DNA of 53,796 nucleotides from Deltaproteobacteria bacterium TL4 (GCA_051382335.1 JBBCAX010000167.1:1-53796), one strand, 5' to 3'; shown: positions 1 through 9,696, counted from the stretch's first letter. Numbers and translations: made by a program. The notes: a model not told the origin generated them from the sequence alone.

Positions 1-97
1 TTCTTCTGTCATAAGACTCCTTTAGGGTTGGGGTTGAAGTCCTATGATAACTTTCTATCCTTCTGAAACACAATCTTTTTTTTATGAGAAAGCCGTG
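1..97 (-). mobile_element. Probable left end of an insertion sequence, with the start of a gene (ATG at 12, minus strand) running off the window
   Basis: Minus strand reads AAGGAG-tctt-ATG ACA GAA GAA at 12..1. Kinase homology begins abruptly at ~98, right after the candidate terminus CACGGCTTTCTCATAAAAAAA. Family not assignable. Confidence 0.5.
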
Positions 98-1172
98 CCT
101 GGTCCCCATCCTCGGTTATGCCGAAATGGTACAAATGACTTTTGATTCCAGCCACAAGGAATTTGGATATTTAGGAAACATTGTGGACTCCGCAGTGAGA
201 GCCAAAGATTTGGTGAAAAAAATTCTCATCATCAGTCATTCTTCCTTGGGCTTCTATGAATCTGTCCAGTTAAAAAAACTGGCTGAAGAGGTTTTGACCG
301 TGATCCGGGCCTCGGTTTCGACAACCATTGACATCCATCAAGAGTTTGACTTTGATCTGCCCCTTATTTCCGCGGATCCTTCTCAAATCTATCAGGTGAT
401 CTTGAATCTATGCACCAATGCCGTTCAGGCGATACCGGAAAGAGGCGACTTGTGGATCCGATTAAATCGGGTCAAACAGCCTCCCTACTCTTCTGATCCA
501 GAGCAACCGCAAGCAGAGGATTGGGTGTGTTTGAGTGTTCAGGATAACGGCTGTGGAATGGATGCCGCTATTTTGGAACGCATCTATGAACCATTCTTCA
601 CCACCAAAGAAAAAGGGAAACAACGAGGCACAGGGTTGGGGCTTTCCATCGTTTCCAGCGTGATCCAGCAACATAAAGGACACATAGAAGTCGAAAGCAC
701 TCCAGGCACAGGCACGATTTTTAGGGTTTACTTCCCTGTGTTCGCAACGAAAAAAGCGGATGTCGCTGAGGAATCCGAGGATTTTATCCTGTCTGGAAAT
801 GAGCATGTCCTGCTGGTTGATGACGAACCGATCGTCAATAATGTAGGAGCCGCATTCCTGAAAACATTGGGTTATCGAGTGAGCAGTTTCACTGACAGCG
901 AAGAAGCCTTGAAGGCCTTTGAGTCCAAACCTCAAGATTTCCAATTGGTGATCACCGATTATATGATGCCCCATCTTACCGGTGTTCAACTGATCAAAAA
1001 AATGAAAACCCTTCGTCCGGAGATACCCACACTGCTGGTTACTGGATATTCTGATTTGGAAACCGAAGCGAATCTTAAGGAATGGGGCTGTGACGGAATT
1101 CTCGCCAAACCTTATGAATTGAAACAACTCAGTCAGGTCATAAGCCTCTCTCTGGCAAAGAAAAAATTCTGA
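98..1172 (+). pseudogene. N-terminally truncated hybrid sensor histidine kinase/response regulator (HATPase_c + REC)
   Basis: N box (QVILNLCTNA), G1 (DNGCGM), F box (EPFFTTK), G2 (GTGLGL) and REC (LLVDDE...TDYMMP...KP) are present. The sequence starts at LVPILGYAEM, just after where the HDFNN H-box should be; the His and sensor domains are missing. Confidence 0.8.
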
Positions 1173-1382
1173 AATCCGTTTGATCTGTGAGCCCTTAGAC
1201 TCAACGGAGCCCTCCTGAGAGAAAACACTCAATAGAAAGCGAACCCTTGCTTAATCCACTGGATTTGCTGGCTCTGATTTTGGGGGCATACTTTGACGTA
1301 ATTATCCACTCGATCTTTCTTACATTTGACCTCAACAATAAACTTGTATGTTTGTAGTAAAACTCTTAACAAGGACACCTTT

Positions 1383-1396
1383 CAATGTATACATTG
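1383..1396. promoter_or_regulatory. Perfect 14-bp palindrome upstream of metK, candidate operator
   Basis: CAATGTATACATTG is its own reverse complement, ~125 bp before the metK ATG. Confidence 0.35.
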
Positions 1397-1520
1397 CTAA
1401 TATTGTTAGTTTTCAGTACGCTCGACAGGCGTGTTGAAAGCTGGGGTTTGAAATCATTATGAAGTTTTCAAGTGCGAGAGACCACTTGGGGTTCACTAAA
1501 TTGTAAAACAAGGAGTAATT

Positions 1521-2684
1521 ATGGCAGAGATGCTATTTACCTCAGAAAGTGTCACTGAGGGCCATCCTGATAAAATGGCTGATCAGATTTCCGATAGTGT
1601 ATTAGACGCGATGTTAGCACAAGATCCAAAAAGTCGTGTCGCTTGTGAAACGCTGATAACCACAGGAATGGTTGTTGTCGCAGGAGAGGTCACAACCAAC
1701 GCGCAAGTTGACCTTCAGGCCATTGTTCGGAATACCATTAAGGAAATTGGCTACACCAATTCAAAAATGGGCTTTGATTATGAAACCTGCGCCGTTTTAG
1801 TAAGTTTAGGTAAACAGTCTCCAGATATTGCGATGGGGGTCGATGATAAGCAGGAAATTAACAAAGAACAGGGAGCAGGAGATCAAGGTCTCATGTTTGG
1901 TTATGCATGTGATGAGACTCCCGAGTTGATGCCGTTGCCTATTTTACTGGCTCATAAATTAACCGCTCGATTGAGTGAAGTTCGTAACAACGGAACCTTG
2001 GATTATTTGCGCCCCGATGGAAAATCTCAAGTGACCGTGAAGTATGTTGATGGAAAACCCGTTGAAGTCACAACCGTCGTGATCAGTATTCAGCATAGTG
2101 CGGAGGTCACACTGGCTCAATTACAAAAAGATGTGATTAAACATGTGATCACGCCTGTGATTCCTAAAGAATTGTCCAAGGGAACGATTAAATATCATAT
2201 CAATCCAACAGGACGGTTCGTGGTTGGTGGTCCTCAAGGTGATGCCGGATTGACAGGACGTAAAATCATCGTAGATACTTATGGAGGTATGGGACGTCAT
2301 GGCGGGGGTGCTTTTTCTGGAAAAGATCCCTCAAAAGTTGACCGTTCCGCTGCTTATGCCGCTCGCCATGTTGCAAAAAACGTTGTTGCGGCAGGTTTAG
2401 CCTCACGTTGTGAAGTTCAGGTAGCTTATGCTATTGGTGTGGCGGATCCTGTCTCGATCAATGTGAATACTTTTGGGACTCATAAAATTAGTGAAGAGAA
2501 GATTGAGCAATTGATCAAAGCGAATTTCAATTTGAAACCTGCTGGGATCATTAAAGCGTTGGACCTTCTTCGCCCGATTTACAAGAAAACGGCCGCCTTT
2601 GGTCATTTTGGACGAGAATTGCCTGAATTTACCTGGGAAAAAACAGACAAAGCCGCTCAGTTAAGAAGTCAAGCAGGACTCTAG
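1521..2684 (+). CDS. metK: S-adenosylmethionine synthetase
   Basis: [19 protein letters not shown] and [16 protein letters not shown] motifs; AAGGAG RBS. Confidence 0.99.
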   Translation: MAEMLFTSESVTEGHPDKMADQISDSVLDAMLAQDPKSRVACETLITTGMVVVAGEVTTNAQVDLQAIVRNTIKEIGYTNSKMGFDYETCAVLVSLGKQSPDIAMGVDDKQEINKEQGAGDQGLMFGYACDETPELMPLPILLAHKLTARLSEVRNNGTLDYLRPDGKSQVTVKYVDGKPVEVTTVVISIQHSAEVTLAQLQKDVIKHVITPVIPKELSKGTIKYHINPTGRFVVGGPQGDAGLTGRKIIVDTYGGMGRHGGGAFSGKDPSKVDRSAAYAARHVAKNVVAAGLASRCEVQVAYAIGVADPVSINVNTFGTHKISEEKIEQLIKANFNLKPAGIIKALDLLRPIYKKTAAFGHFGRELPEFTWEKTDKAAQLRSQAGL

Positions 2685-2718
2685 AAATCGGTCATTTGAT
2701 ACGATTCTCATGTCAATC

Positions 2719-2755
2719 AGACCTTTGATTCTTGAGGGATTGAAGGTCTTTTTTT
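2719..2755 (+). terminator. Rho-independent terminator after metK
   Basis: Stem AGACCTTTGATTC/GGATTGAAGGTCT followed by a T-run. Confidence 0.75.
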
Positions 2756-2804
2756 AGAACTCCTGGTTTTTCGAAATGAGGACTTCTTTTTCGTGCCCTG
2801 TAAA

Positions 2805-3074
2805 ATGAGAAATGAAAAGGTAACAATCATCAATCGACTTGGACTGCATGCCAGAGCAGCGGCTCAGTTACTTCGATTGGCCAATCAATTTAAATCAGAA
2901 ATTGCACTGATCAAAGATGGTCATAAGGCAAACGCGAAGACCATCATGGAATTGTTGATGCTCGCCGCAACTAAAGGAACTTCTTTGAATGTTGCCGCAA
3001 ATGGTATTGATGAAGATAAGGCAGTAGATGCAATTATTGAATTAATCAATAATAAATTCAATGAACTGGAATGA
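2805..3074 (+). CDS. ptsH: Phosphocarrier protein HPr
   Basis: GLHARAAA (His15) motif and NAKTIMELLML; ~89 aa; ATG at 2805 preferred over GTG at 2793. Confidence 0.93.
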   Translation: MRNEKVTIINRLGLHARAAAQLLRLANQFKSEIALIKDGHKANAKTIMELLMLAATKGTSLNVAANGIDEDKAVDAIIELINNKFNELE

Positions 3075-3907
3075 ATTTGTTACATGGTATAACAGGATCG
3101 ACCCGGGTTTATGCGATTATTGGACATCCCGTCAAGCACTCGTTTTCGCCTTCTATGCATAATGCGGCCTTTCAGCACATGCGTTTAGACGCCGTCTATG
3201 TTCCTTTCAGTGTGGCTCCCGAAAATCTTCCCCTTGCGATTGCCTGTCTCAAAGCCTTGAATATCGCAGGCCTGAACGTAACTGTTCCGCACAAAACTAA
3301 GGTATTAGCCTACCTTGACGAAATTACCATCACGGCCCGCAGGATTGGAGCCGTCAATACAATCAAAATTGAAGATGGCAGAACCTTGGGAACGAATACG
3401 GATGGGGTCGGGTTTATTCGTTCCCTGGAAGCCTTCCCTTTTCAGCCTGAAGGAAAAACGGTAGTGATTTTAGGCGCGGGAGGTGCTGCCAGAGGAATCC
3501 TGGTCGCTTTGGCAGAAGCGGGAGCCTCTCGAATTATCGTGATCAACCGCACCCAGGGCAAAGCCGTACAACTGGTTGAAACCTTTGCGGATGTTTTTCC
3601 TGAAACACAACTGCAAGCCCTAACGCTGGAACAACTCACGGCTCTTTCCGTGGACTTATTGATCAACACCACCACCGTGGGAATGGAGGATCACAGATCT
3701 CCGCTCGAAGGGACTCATCTTGGTAATGTCGCTTTGGTTGCGGACATCATTTATAATCCTGCTCAAACACCGTTAATGGAACAGGCCCAAAGCTTAAATA
3801 TCCCTACCATCAATGGCATGGGAATGCTGTTGTATCAGGGATGCGCTGCTTTCGAATTTTGGACGAATCAACCCGCACCCGTAGAAATTATGAAAACTCA
3901 ACTATAG
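3071..3907 (+). CDS. aroE: Shikimate dehydrogenase
   Basis: GHPVKHSFSP, NVTVPHK, GAVNT, NTDG, GAGGAA and GMLLYQG motifs. Confidence 0.97.
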   Translation: MNLLHGITGSTRVYAIIGHPVKHSFSPSMHNAAFQHMRLDAVYVPFSVAPENLPLAIACLKALNIAGLNVTVPHKTKVLAYLDEITITARRIGAVNTIKIEDGRTLGTNTDGVGFIRSLEAFPFQPEGKTVVILGAGGAARGILVALAEAGASRIIVINRTQGKAVQLVETFADVFPETQLQALTLEQLTALSVDLLINTTTVGMEDHRSPLEGTHLGNVALVADIIYNPAQTPLMEQAQSLNIPTINGMGMLLYQGCAAFEFWTNQPAPVEIMKTQL

Positions 3908-4094
3908 ATGTTCATTTGAATAGATTCATTTGAGTCTAACCCAGACTGTGGAGTGCCAAAGCTTGCTTTGGCCAAAGGCAAAGAAAGGCCATCGCCTTTC
4001 TGGCCAAAGCAAGCTTTGGCACTCCTGAAACAGCGTTGTTTAAACGGATCTCGCAACAGGATGAGTTTTCTGGATTTATTTAAATGAACGTCTA
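3905..4094. mobile_element. Miniature inverted-repeat element copy 1, containing a REP-like palindrome doublet
   Basis: Termini TAGATGTTCATTTGAATAGAT...ATTTATTTAAATGAACGTCTA. Internal perfect 25-bp inverted repeat GGAGTGCCAAAGCTTGCTTTGGCCA (3950-3974 / 4001-4025). Homologous copies at ~18.0 and ~21.4 kb. Confidence 0.8.
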
Positions 4095-4124
4095 TATTTC
4101 ATCAGTTGGAACGATAGAAAACCA

Positions 4125-5582
4125 ATGGCTATTATTTTTGAAGTAGAGGTTCCTTCCCCAGAACCTGACCGCAATCAGGATCAAAACCGTTCTGTCGCGC
4201 TACAGGGCCTTCATCAAGAAAGAAAAACGGCACCCAATATTTGGAAAGTTTCCGAGCTGACTCAGAAAATCCGCAGGATTTTGGAGGGGGAGTTCCGTTC
4301 CGTTATCTTGGAAGGGGAATTGTCTAATTTTAAAAGTTCAGGGCCGGGACACCTCTACTTTGTCTTGAAAGATGACCAAGCTCAGATTCGTGGGGTCATG
4401 TTCAAAAACGCGGCGGGTGCTTTAAAATTTGTACCAGAAGATGGTTTGGAAGTGATTGTGACCGCTCACCTCACCGTCTATCCGCCCCGGGGAGAATATC
4501 AACTGAATGTTTCTTCCATGGAACCCAAAGGTATTGGAGCCTTGCAACTGGCCTTTGAACAGTTGAAGAAAAAATTAGCGCAAGAAGGTTTATTTGACCC
4601 CGCTCACAAACGCCCCATTCCGTTTTTGCCAAGACGGATAGGGATCGTAACTTCGCCGACCGGTGCCGTGATCCATGATATGCTAACGGTGCTGCACCGG
4701 CGATTTCCAGGCATTCCGGTACTGATTTATCCGGCCTTGGTACAAGGAGAGGACGCCGCACGGCAAGTAATCCAAGGGATACGTTATTTCAATCAGATCC
4801 AACCTCAACTACCAATTGATGTCCTGATTGTAGGACGGGGTGGAGGTTCCATCGAGGATTTATGGGCGTTTAATGAAGAAGCTCTGGCCCGGGAGATTTT
4901 CAATTCCCAGATTCCTGTAATTTCAGCCGTTGGACATGAAACCGATACTACCATTGCAGACTATGTGAGCGACTTAAGAGCACCGACACCTTCAGCGGCA
5001 ATGGAATTAGCTGTTCCAAGAAAGCAAGATTTACTTTATACACTAGGGAACCTGACACAACGTTTAGAACGTTCTATGGAACAACAACTGAAGGAACGTC
5101 GTAATCAAATCCAAGTGATCACACGACAATTGCAAAACCCTAAGTTCATCATTCAACAACAGATACAACGTGTGGATGATCTCACCTCGTTACTCCATTC
5201 CCGGTTCAATGGTTTCCTTAGCGGACAAAGGCGATCTTACGGCAATCTTGATGAAAAATTATTTTTATTGACTCCTGCAAAGAATTTGGCAAATTTGAAA
5301 AAAACGGTGGATCAGTTTCGACAGCGTTTGGAACGATCAATGAGCAATAGCTTACAACGGAAGCAGGAACGCTTAAAGCGACAGGTCAGTTTACTGGATT
5401 CACTTAGCCCGTTGACCATCATAAAGCGTGGCTATGGAATGGTCACGCACAAAGGCCGCTTAGTAAAAACAGTAAACGCGCTCAAAGAAGGGGATGGCGT
5501 TTCCATACGTCTTGAGGATGGTAGTCTTGAGGCACAAGTCCTCAGCAAGGCTCCCCTACTAGAAAGCTACTCACTGGACTAG
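4125..5582 (+). CDS. xseA: Exodeoxyribonuclease VII large subunit
   Basis: GELSNF, GHLYFVLKD, GRGGGSIEDLWAFN, SAVGHETD and RAPTPSAA motifs. Confidence 0.97.
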   Translation: MAIIFEVEVPSPEPDRNQDQNRSVALQGLHQERKTAPNIWKVSELTQKIRRILEGEFRSVILEGELSNFKSSGPGHLYFVLKDDQAQIRGVMFKNAAGALKFVPEDGLEVIVTAHLTVYPPRGEYQLNVSSMEPKGIGALQLAFEQLKKKLAQEGLFDPAHKRPIPFLPRRIGIVTSPTGAVIHDMLTVLHRRFPGIPVLIYPALVQGEDAARQVIQGIRYFNQIQPQLPIDVLIVGRGGGSIEDLWAFNEEALAREIFNSQIPVISAVGHETDTTIADYVSDLRAPTPSAAMELAVPRKQDLLYTLGNLTQRLERSMEQQLKERRNQIQVITRQLQNPKFIIQQQIQRVDDLTSLLHSRFNGFLSGQRRSYGNLDEKLFLLTPAKNLANLKKTVDQFRQRLERSMSNSLQRKQERLKRQVSLLDSLSPLTIIKRGYGMVTHKGRLVKTVNALKEGDGVSIRLEDGSLEAQVLSKAPLLESYSLD

Positions 5583-5674
5583 GAAGTGACTCCGTAAAAA
5601 AACTTGAGAAATTAACGCCACTCCTGCAGGTTGTGGTTTGGATTTTGGTAAATTGTTGAAAGTGAACTCCATTC

Positions 5675-6559
5675 ATGACAGTCATTACACCGAATAATTA
5701 TCACGCCAAAAAAGTATTAGAAGAAAATAGAATCACCTGTATTTCTGGCGAAGATGCAGCGCGTCAGGATATTCGCCCTTTGCGTATAGGTTTTTTGAAT
5801 ATTATGCCTAAATGTGAAGATTACGAATTCAATCTGCTGCATCCTTTGGGCATGTCTATTATCCAGGTCAACCCTGTTTGGATTAAACTGAAGTCGCATA
5901 ATTATAAAAGTTCGAATCAGCGGCATATTGAAGAATTATATGTGAGCTATGAAGACGCTCTTAAAACCGGGCCTTTAGATGGGCTCATTGTTACAGGAGC
6001 ACCGGTTGAGCGGGTTGCGTTTGAAGAAGTTGAATACTGGGATGAAATCAAGGTAATCCTGCTGGACGCGAAACAATCGTGTATTTCCACCTTGGGAATC
6101 TGTTGGGGCGGATTTGCCTTGGCGCGTTTGGAAGGGATTGATAAGTTTAATTATGAGAAAAAATTATTTGGCGTTTTTGAAGCGCGCAACCTTTTCCCTT
6201 TTCACCCAATAGTCGGCGAACTGGATGATGTCTTTTGGTGTCCCCAAAGTCGTCATGCGGGAATTGATGATCAATTGCTTGAAAAGGCGCAAAAAGCGGG
6301 CTTGTTGAATCTGCTGGCTTACGGCCCGGAGTCTGGTTATGTCATTTTTGAAACACCGGATCATCGGTATATCATGCATACGGGACATCCTGAGTATAAC
6401 GCTCGTCGCTTAGTCCAAGAAGCTCTACGTGACGCAAACGCAACCGATGTTCCCAAACCCGCTAATTTTGACCTCAACAATCCCATCAATCGCTGGAAAG
6501 GGAATCGAAATGTCTTTTTTTCTCAATGGCTCAAGTATTGTTATGATCAGATTAGTTGA
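5675..6559 (+). CDS. metA: Homoserine O-acyltransferase, MetA family (probably acetyltransferase)
   Basis: QDIRPLRI, LNIMP, TGAPVE, ICWG (catalytic Cys), PQSRH and GHPEY motifs. Confidence 0.93.
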   Translation: MTVITPNNYHAKKVLEENRITCISGEDAARQDIRPLRIGFLNIMPKCEDYEFNLLHPLGMSIIQVNPVWIKLKSHNYKSSNQRHIEELYVSYEDALKTGPLDGLIVTGAPVERVAFEEVEYWDEIKVILLDAKQSCISTLGICWGGFALARLEGIDKFNYEKKLFGVFEARNLFPFHPIVGELDDVFWCPQSRHAGIDDQLLEKAQKAGLLNLLAYGPESGYVIFETPDHRYIMHTGHPEYNARRLVQEALRDANATDVPKPANFDLNNPINRWKGNRNVFFSQWLKYCYDQIS

Positions 6560-6717
6560 GGCTCTACTCCGTGAGGGCCTGTTAAGCCTTTACCAAGCGT
6601 GCCTAGGCTTTGCGTGGGCGCAGTACAAAAAGCAGTTTTAGTTCTGGGAGCCGTAGGTGAAACATTCGGCTCTCAATATGACACACATCCTGAAAATGGA
6701 AATAAAGGAGGGAATAA

Positions 6718-7575
6718 ATGATGAAGGTTGGAGTTATTGGCGGAAGTGGATTATATGATCTGGATGCTTTACAGGATATGGAAGAGATAAAACTTTCAAC
6801 TCCTTTTGGAGATCCTTCCGATGTCTATATCAGTGGAACGCTACATGACATTCCTGTCGTTTTTTTACCGAGGCATGGGAGAGGGCACCGCATTCTACCT
6901 ACGGAGATCCCCTTCAGAGCCAATATCTGGGGACTCAAAAAACTGGGCGTCACTCATTTAATTTCTGTCAGTGCGGTTGGAAGTTTGAAAGAAGAGATTG
7001 CGCCAGGGCATATTGTTTTTCCTGATCAATTCATTGATTTAACACGGCAGCGGCCTTCTACCTTTTTTGGAAATGGAGTGGTCGCTCACGCTCAATTTGG
7101 CGACCCCGTCTGTTCTGAGTTGCTTAAGGTTTTGGTACAGGCGGCAGCGGATACAAAGGCCATCTGTCATCGTGGCGGAACATACGTTTGTATGGAAGGT
7201 CCGCTCTTTTCTACTCGTGCAGAGTCAAATCTTTATCGCTCATGGGGCGCTTCTGTGATTGGGATGACCAATGCCCAGGAAGCAAAACTGGCACGGGAAG
7301 CCGAAATGGCTTTTGCGACCATTGCCCTGGCGACCGATTATGACTGCTGGCATCTGACAGAGGAAGAGGTGACCATTGAGCAGATTTTGAAGGTCATGCA
7401 TGACAATATTCAAACCTCTAAAAAAATTCTTTCTCGTGCTTTTGAGTTGTTTACACCTGACTTTCCATGCAGTCAAAGCAACGCCCTGCAATATGCGATT
7501 ATTACGGATCCCACAAAAATTCCCGTAAAAACTCGCAAAGATTTAGATATTCTGATTGGGAAATATTTGTCTTAA
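6718..7575 (+). CDS. mtnP: S-methyl-5'-thioadenosine phosphorylase
   Basis: IGGSG, LPRHG, SAVGSL, EGPLFSTRAES, IGMT and ATDYDCW motifs; AAGGAGG RBS. Confidence 0.95.
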   Translation: MMKVGVIGGSGLYDLDALQDMEEIKLSTPFGDPSDVYISGTLHDIPVVFLPRHGRGHRILPTEIPFRANIWGLKKLGVTHLISVSAVGSLKEEIAPGHIVFPDQFIDLTRQRPSTFFGNGVVAHAQFGDPVCSELLKVLVQAAADTKAICHRGGTYVCMEGPLFSTRAESNLYRSWGASVIGMTNAQEAKLAREAEMAFATIALATDYDCWHLTEEEVTIEQILKVMHDNIQTSKKILSRAFELFTPDFPCSQSNALQYAIITDPTKIPVKTRKDLDILIGKYLS

Positions 7576-7652
7576 GGAAACGCGCCGAAACAACTGACCC
7601 TGCCAATTTTGCGGAGAATACTTAAGTTTCTTATAAAATTTACGTAATCACC

Positions 7653-7680
7653 TTGAAGAAATGAGATGAGATGCTATAAT
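7653..7680 (+). promoter_or_regulatory. Sigma70-type promoter upstream of rodZ
   Basis: TTGAAG-16 nt-TATAAT with an extended TGn -10. Confidence 0.55.
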
Positions 7681-7743
7681 CCCGCGTTGAATACCCGATC
7701 AAAAATTTTTTTAACATAATTTAATTTTGGAAGTCAGGCAAAT

Positions 7744-8592
7744 ATGGGTGAAATCATTGAAGATGTGCCACAAGAAACCAATTCCATTGGTCAACTTCTG
7801 AAAGAGGCACGTGAAAAAAAAGGTTATAGTCTGAGTTATGTAACCGAGGTTACACGCATCAGTATCAGTGTGCTCCAAGCCATTGAAACTGGGAATTTCG
7901 AAGGAAGTCCTGGACCTGTTTTTCTCAGAGGATTTATCCGTACTTATGCGAAACTGGTTGGCCTTGAGGATGATAAAGTTCAAGAATATTTCAAGTATGC
8001 CCCCGAATTAGGCGGAACACCAGAGCCTAAACCCAGCAAAGCTTCAGGTTCTCATAAGGATTGGGAAACGGAAAAACTGTTGTTGATTGGTGCCGTGGTC
8101 CTTATCATTATTGCTGGCGTTGCTCTATGGGGAGCGTCTAAGGACTCCGAGGAGGATCCTCTTTCTGAGGGAGAAGTGAGCGTCGCTACTGTTGAAGACC
8201 CCTCAACCCCTGTAACCACAGAAGAAGCTGAAAGTTCTGAAGAACCAAAAACATTCGAAACACAGAAACCTTCACAAAGTAATACTGAAAATCCTGCGAA
8301 AACACACCCTGTTGAGAAGCCCTCTACTCATGGAGAAACGGCTCCTCTCTTACTCACCATCAGTTCCACCGAACAGGTATGGCTGGGGGTTATCACTGAT
8401 GACGGTGTGTCTAAAGAGGTGCTTCTGCATCCGGGGGAAACCGTGGAATGGAAAGCGAAAGAACGCTATCAAGTGACGTTGGGTAGTACCAAAAATGTAA
8501 AAGTTCACCTCAATGGAGTCGCGCTTCACGTCGATACAACTACCGATTTATTAACGAACTGGGTTATTAACAAAACGATGTTGGGGGAATAA
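7744..8592 (+). CDS. rodZ: RodZ-like cytoskeleton protein (HTH + TM + C-terminal domain)
   Basis: IGQLLKEAREKKG...RGFIRTYAKLVGL HTH, single TM helix, low-complexity linker, C-terminal WLGV...LG...V.LNG domain. Confidence 0.85.
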   Translation: MGEIIEDVPQETNSIGQLLKEAREKKGYSLSYVTEVTRISISVLQAIETGNFEGSPGPVFLRGFIRTYAKLVGLEDDKVQEYFKYAPELGGTPEPKPSKASGSHKDWETEKLLLIGAVVLIIIAGVALWGASKDSEEDPLSEGEVSVATVEDPSTPVTTEEAESSEEPKTFETQKPSQSNTENPAKTHPVEKPSTHGETAPLLLTISSTEQVWLGVITDDGVSKEVLLHPGETVEWKAKERYQVTLGSTKNVKVHLNGVALHVDTTTDLLTNWVINKTMLGE

Positions 8593-8644
8593 TTCCACTT
8601 TTAGCTGAAGGAAGAGAACTCCTTCTCTTCCTTGATCTCGAATC

Positions 8645-9619
8645 ATGTCAATCACTCCATACGCTTTCGATCATGACAAGCCCTATTACCCTTTGAGTCA
8701 AAGGTATCGTCAGCTTTTTCAGCAGAAAGTTTTTAAAGTTAGTGTTTCTGTCGCCTCGACTTGTCCCAACCGACAGGGACCTCAGGTTGAGGGCTGTATC
8801 TTTTGTGATGAATGGGGCGCTGCCGCCTATCACAATACGGCACAATATTCACTGGAACGACAAATTGAAATCAACCGTGAAGCTATTCGTAAACGGTATC
8901 GCGCAGAAAAATTTTTAATTTATTTCCAGGCCTACACCAATACCTTTGGAAAAATGGCCTCCCTGGAAGAGATGTATCAATGTGCTTTAGCTCAAGATGA
9001 CGTGATTGGCTTGATCATCGGCACACGTCCGGACTGTCTTCCGGAAAGGGTGTTGCGTCTGTTTGAGAAAATCGCGCAATCGCACTTCCTTTCCGTAGAA
9101 CTGGGAATACAAAGTCTGGATGATTCACAATTAGTGTTTCTTTCAAGGGGGCATACGAGTGCCTGTTCCCTTGACGCGATTCAAAAACTTAAAGCCCTGA
9201 CGTCGGTCGATATTTGTGTTCACTTGATGTTTGGTCTTCCGAATGAAACCGAGGAACAGCTAAAAAAAACCGCAGAAATCCTCTCAGAACTGGGCATTCA
9301 TGGCGTAAAGCTCCATAATTTGCATGTCCTGCGGGGAACACCACTGGAAAAAATGTATCATGAAGGCCTCTTTAAGCCGGTTGAGTTGGAGGACTATACA
9401 CGAAAAGTCTCTGTTTTTTTGGGATCGCTCTCCCCTCAAATTGCGGTTCATCGACTGGTTGCTGTTGCCTCACGATGGGACGACCTGGTTGCGCCTGCCT
9501 GGACAAAAGAAAAAATGAGACCCACTCAACATATTGAAAACTATTTAAAGGCCAATAACCTGTGGCAAGGTAAGGCTGTTACCAGAGAGGCAGCGGATAT
9601 TCCACTTGATGACTTGTAA
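8645..9619 (+). CDS. Radical SAM protein, TIGR01212/YhcC family
   Basis: TCPNR...GCIFC, YFQAYTNT, GTRPDC, ELGIQS and GVKLHNL motifs. Confidence 0.9.
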   Translation: MSITPYAFDHDKPYYPLSQRYRQLFQQKVFKVSVSVASTCPNRQGPQVEGCIFCDEWGAAAYHNTAQYSLERQIEINREAIRKRYRAEKFLIYFQAYTNTFGKMASLEEMYQCALAQDDVIGLIIGTRPDCLPERVLRLFEKIAQSHFLSVELGIQSLDDSQLVFLSRGHTSACSLDAIQKLKALTSVDICVHLMFGLPNETEEQLKKTAEILSELGIHGVKLHNLHVLRGTPLEKMYHEGLFKPVELEDYTRKVSVFLGSLSPQIAVHRLVAVASRWDDLVAPAWTKEKMRPTQHIENYLKANNLWQGKAVTREAADIPLDDL

Positions 9620-9696
9620 GCGGTCTGGTATGCTTGTCCCCTGGAATAGATTCAGGGGTATCAGATGAAGTCATAACATCTCAAAGAGAAAGCACT

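Noticed and set aside
462..1232. Long antisense ORFs (also 19802-20386, 47387-47788, 51977-52399)
   Set aside because: Shadow frames of well-supported genes with no recognisable motifs.
3950..4025. Palindromic repeats as a CRISPR array or integron attC sites
   Set aside because: Copies are inverted doublets kilobases apart with no spacer periodicity or cas genes; no attC core sites were recognised and the recombinase does not resemble IntI.
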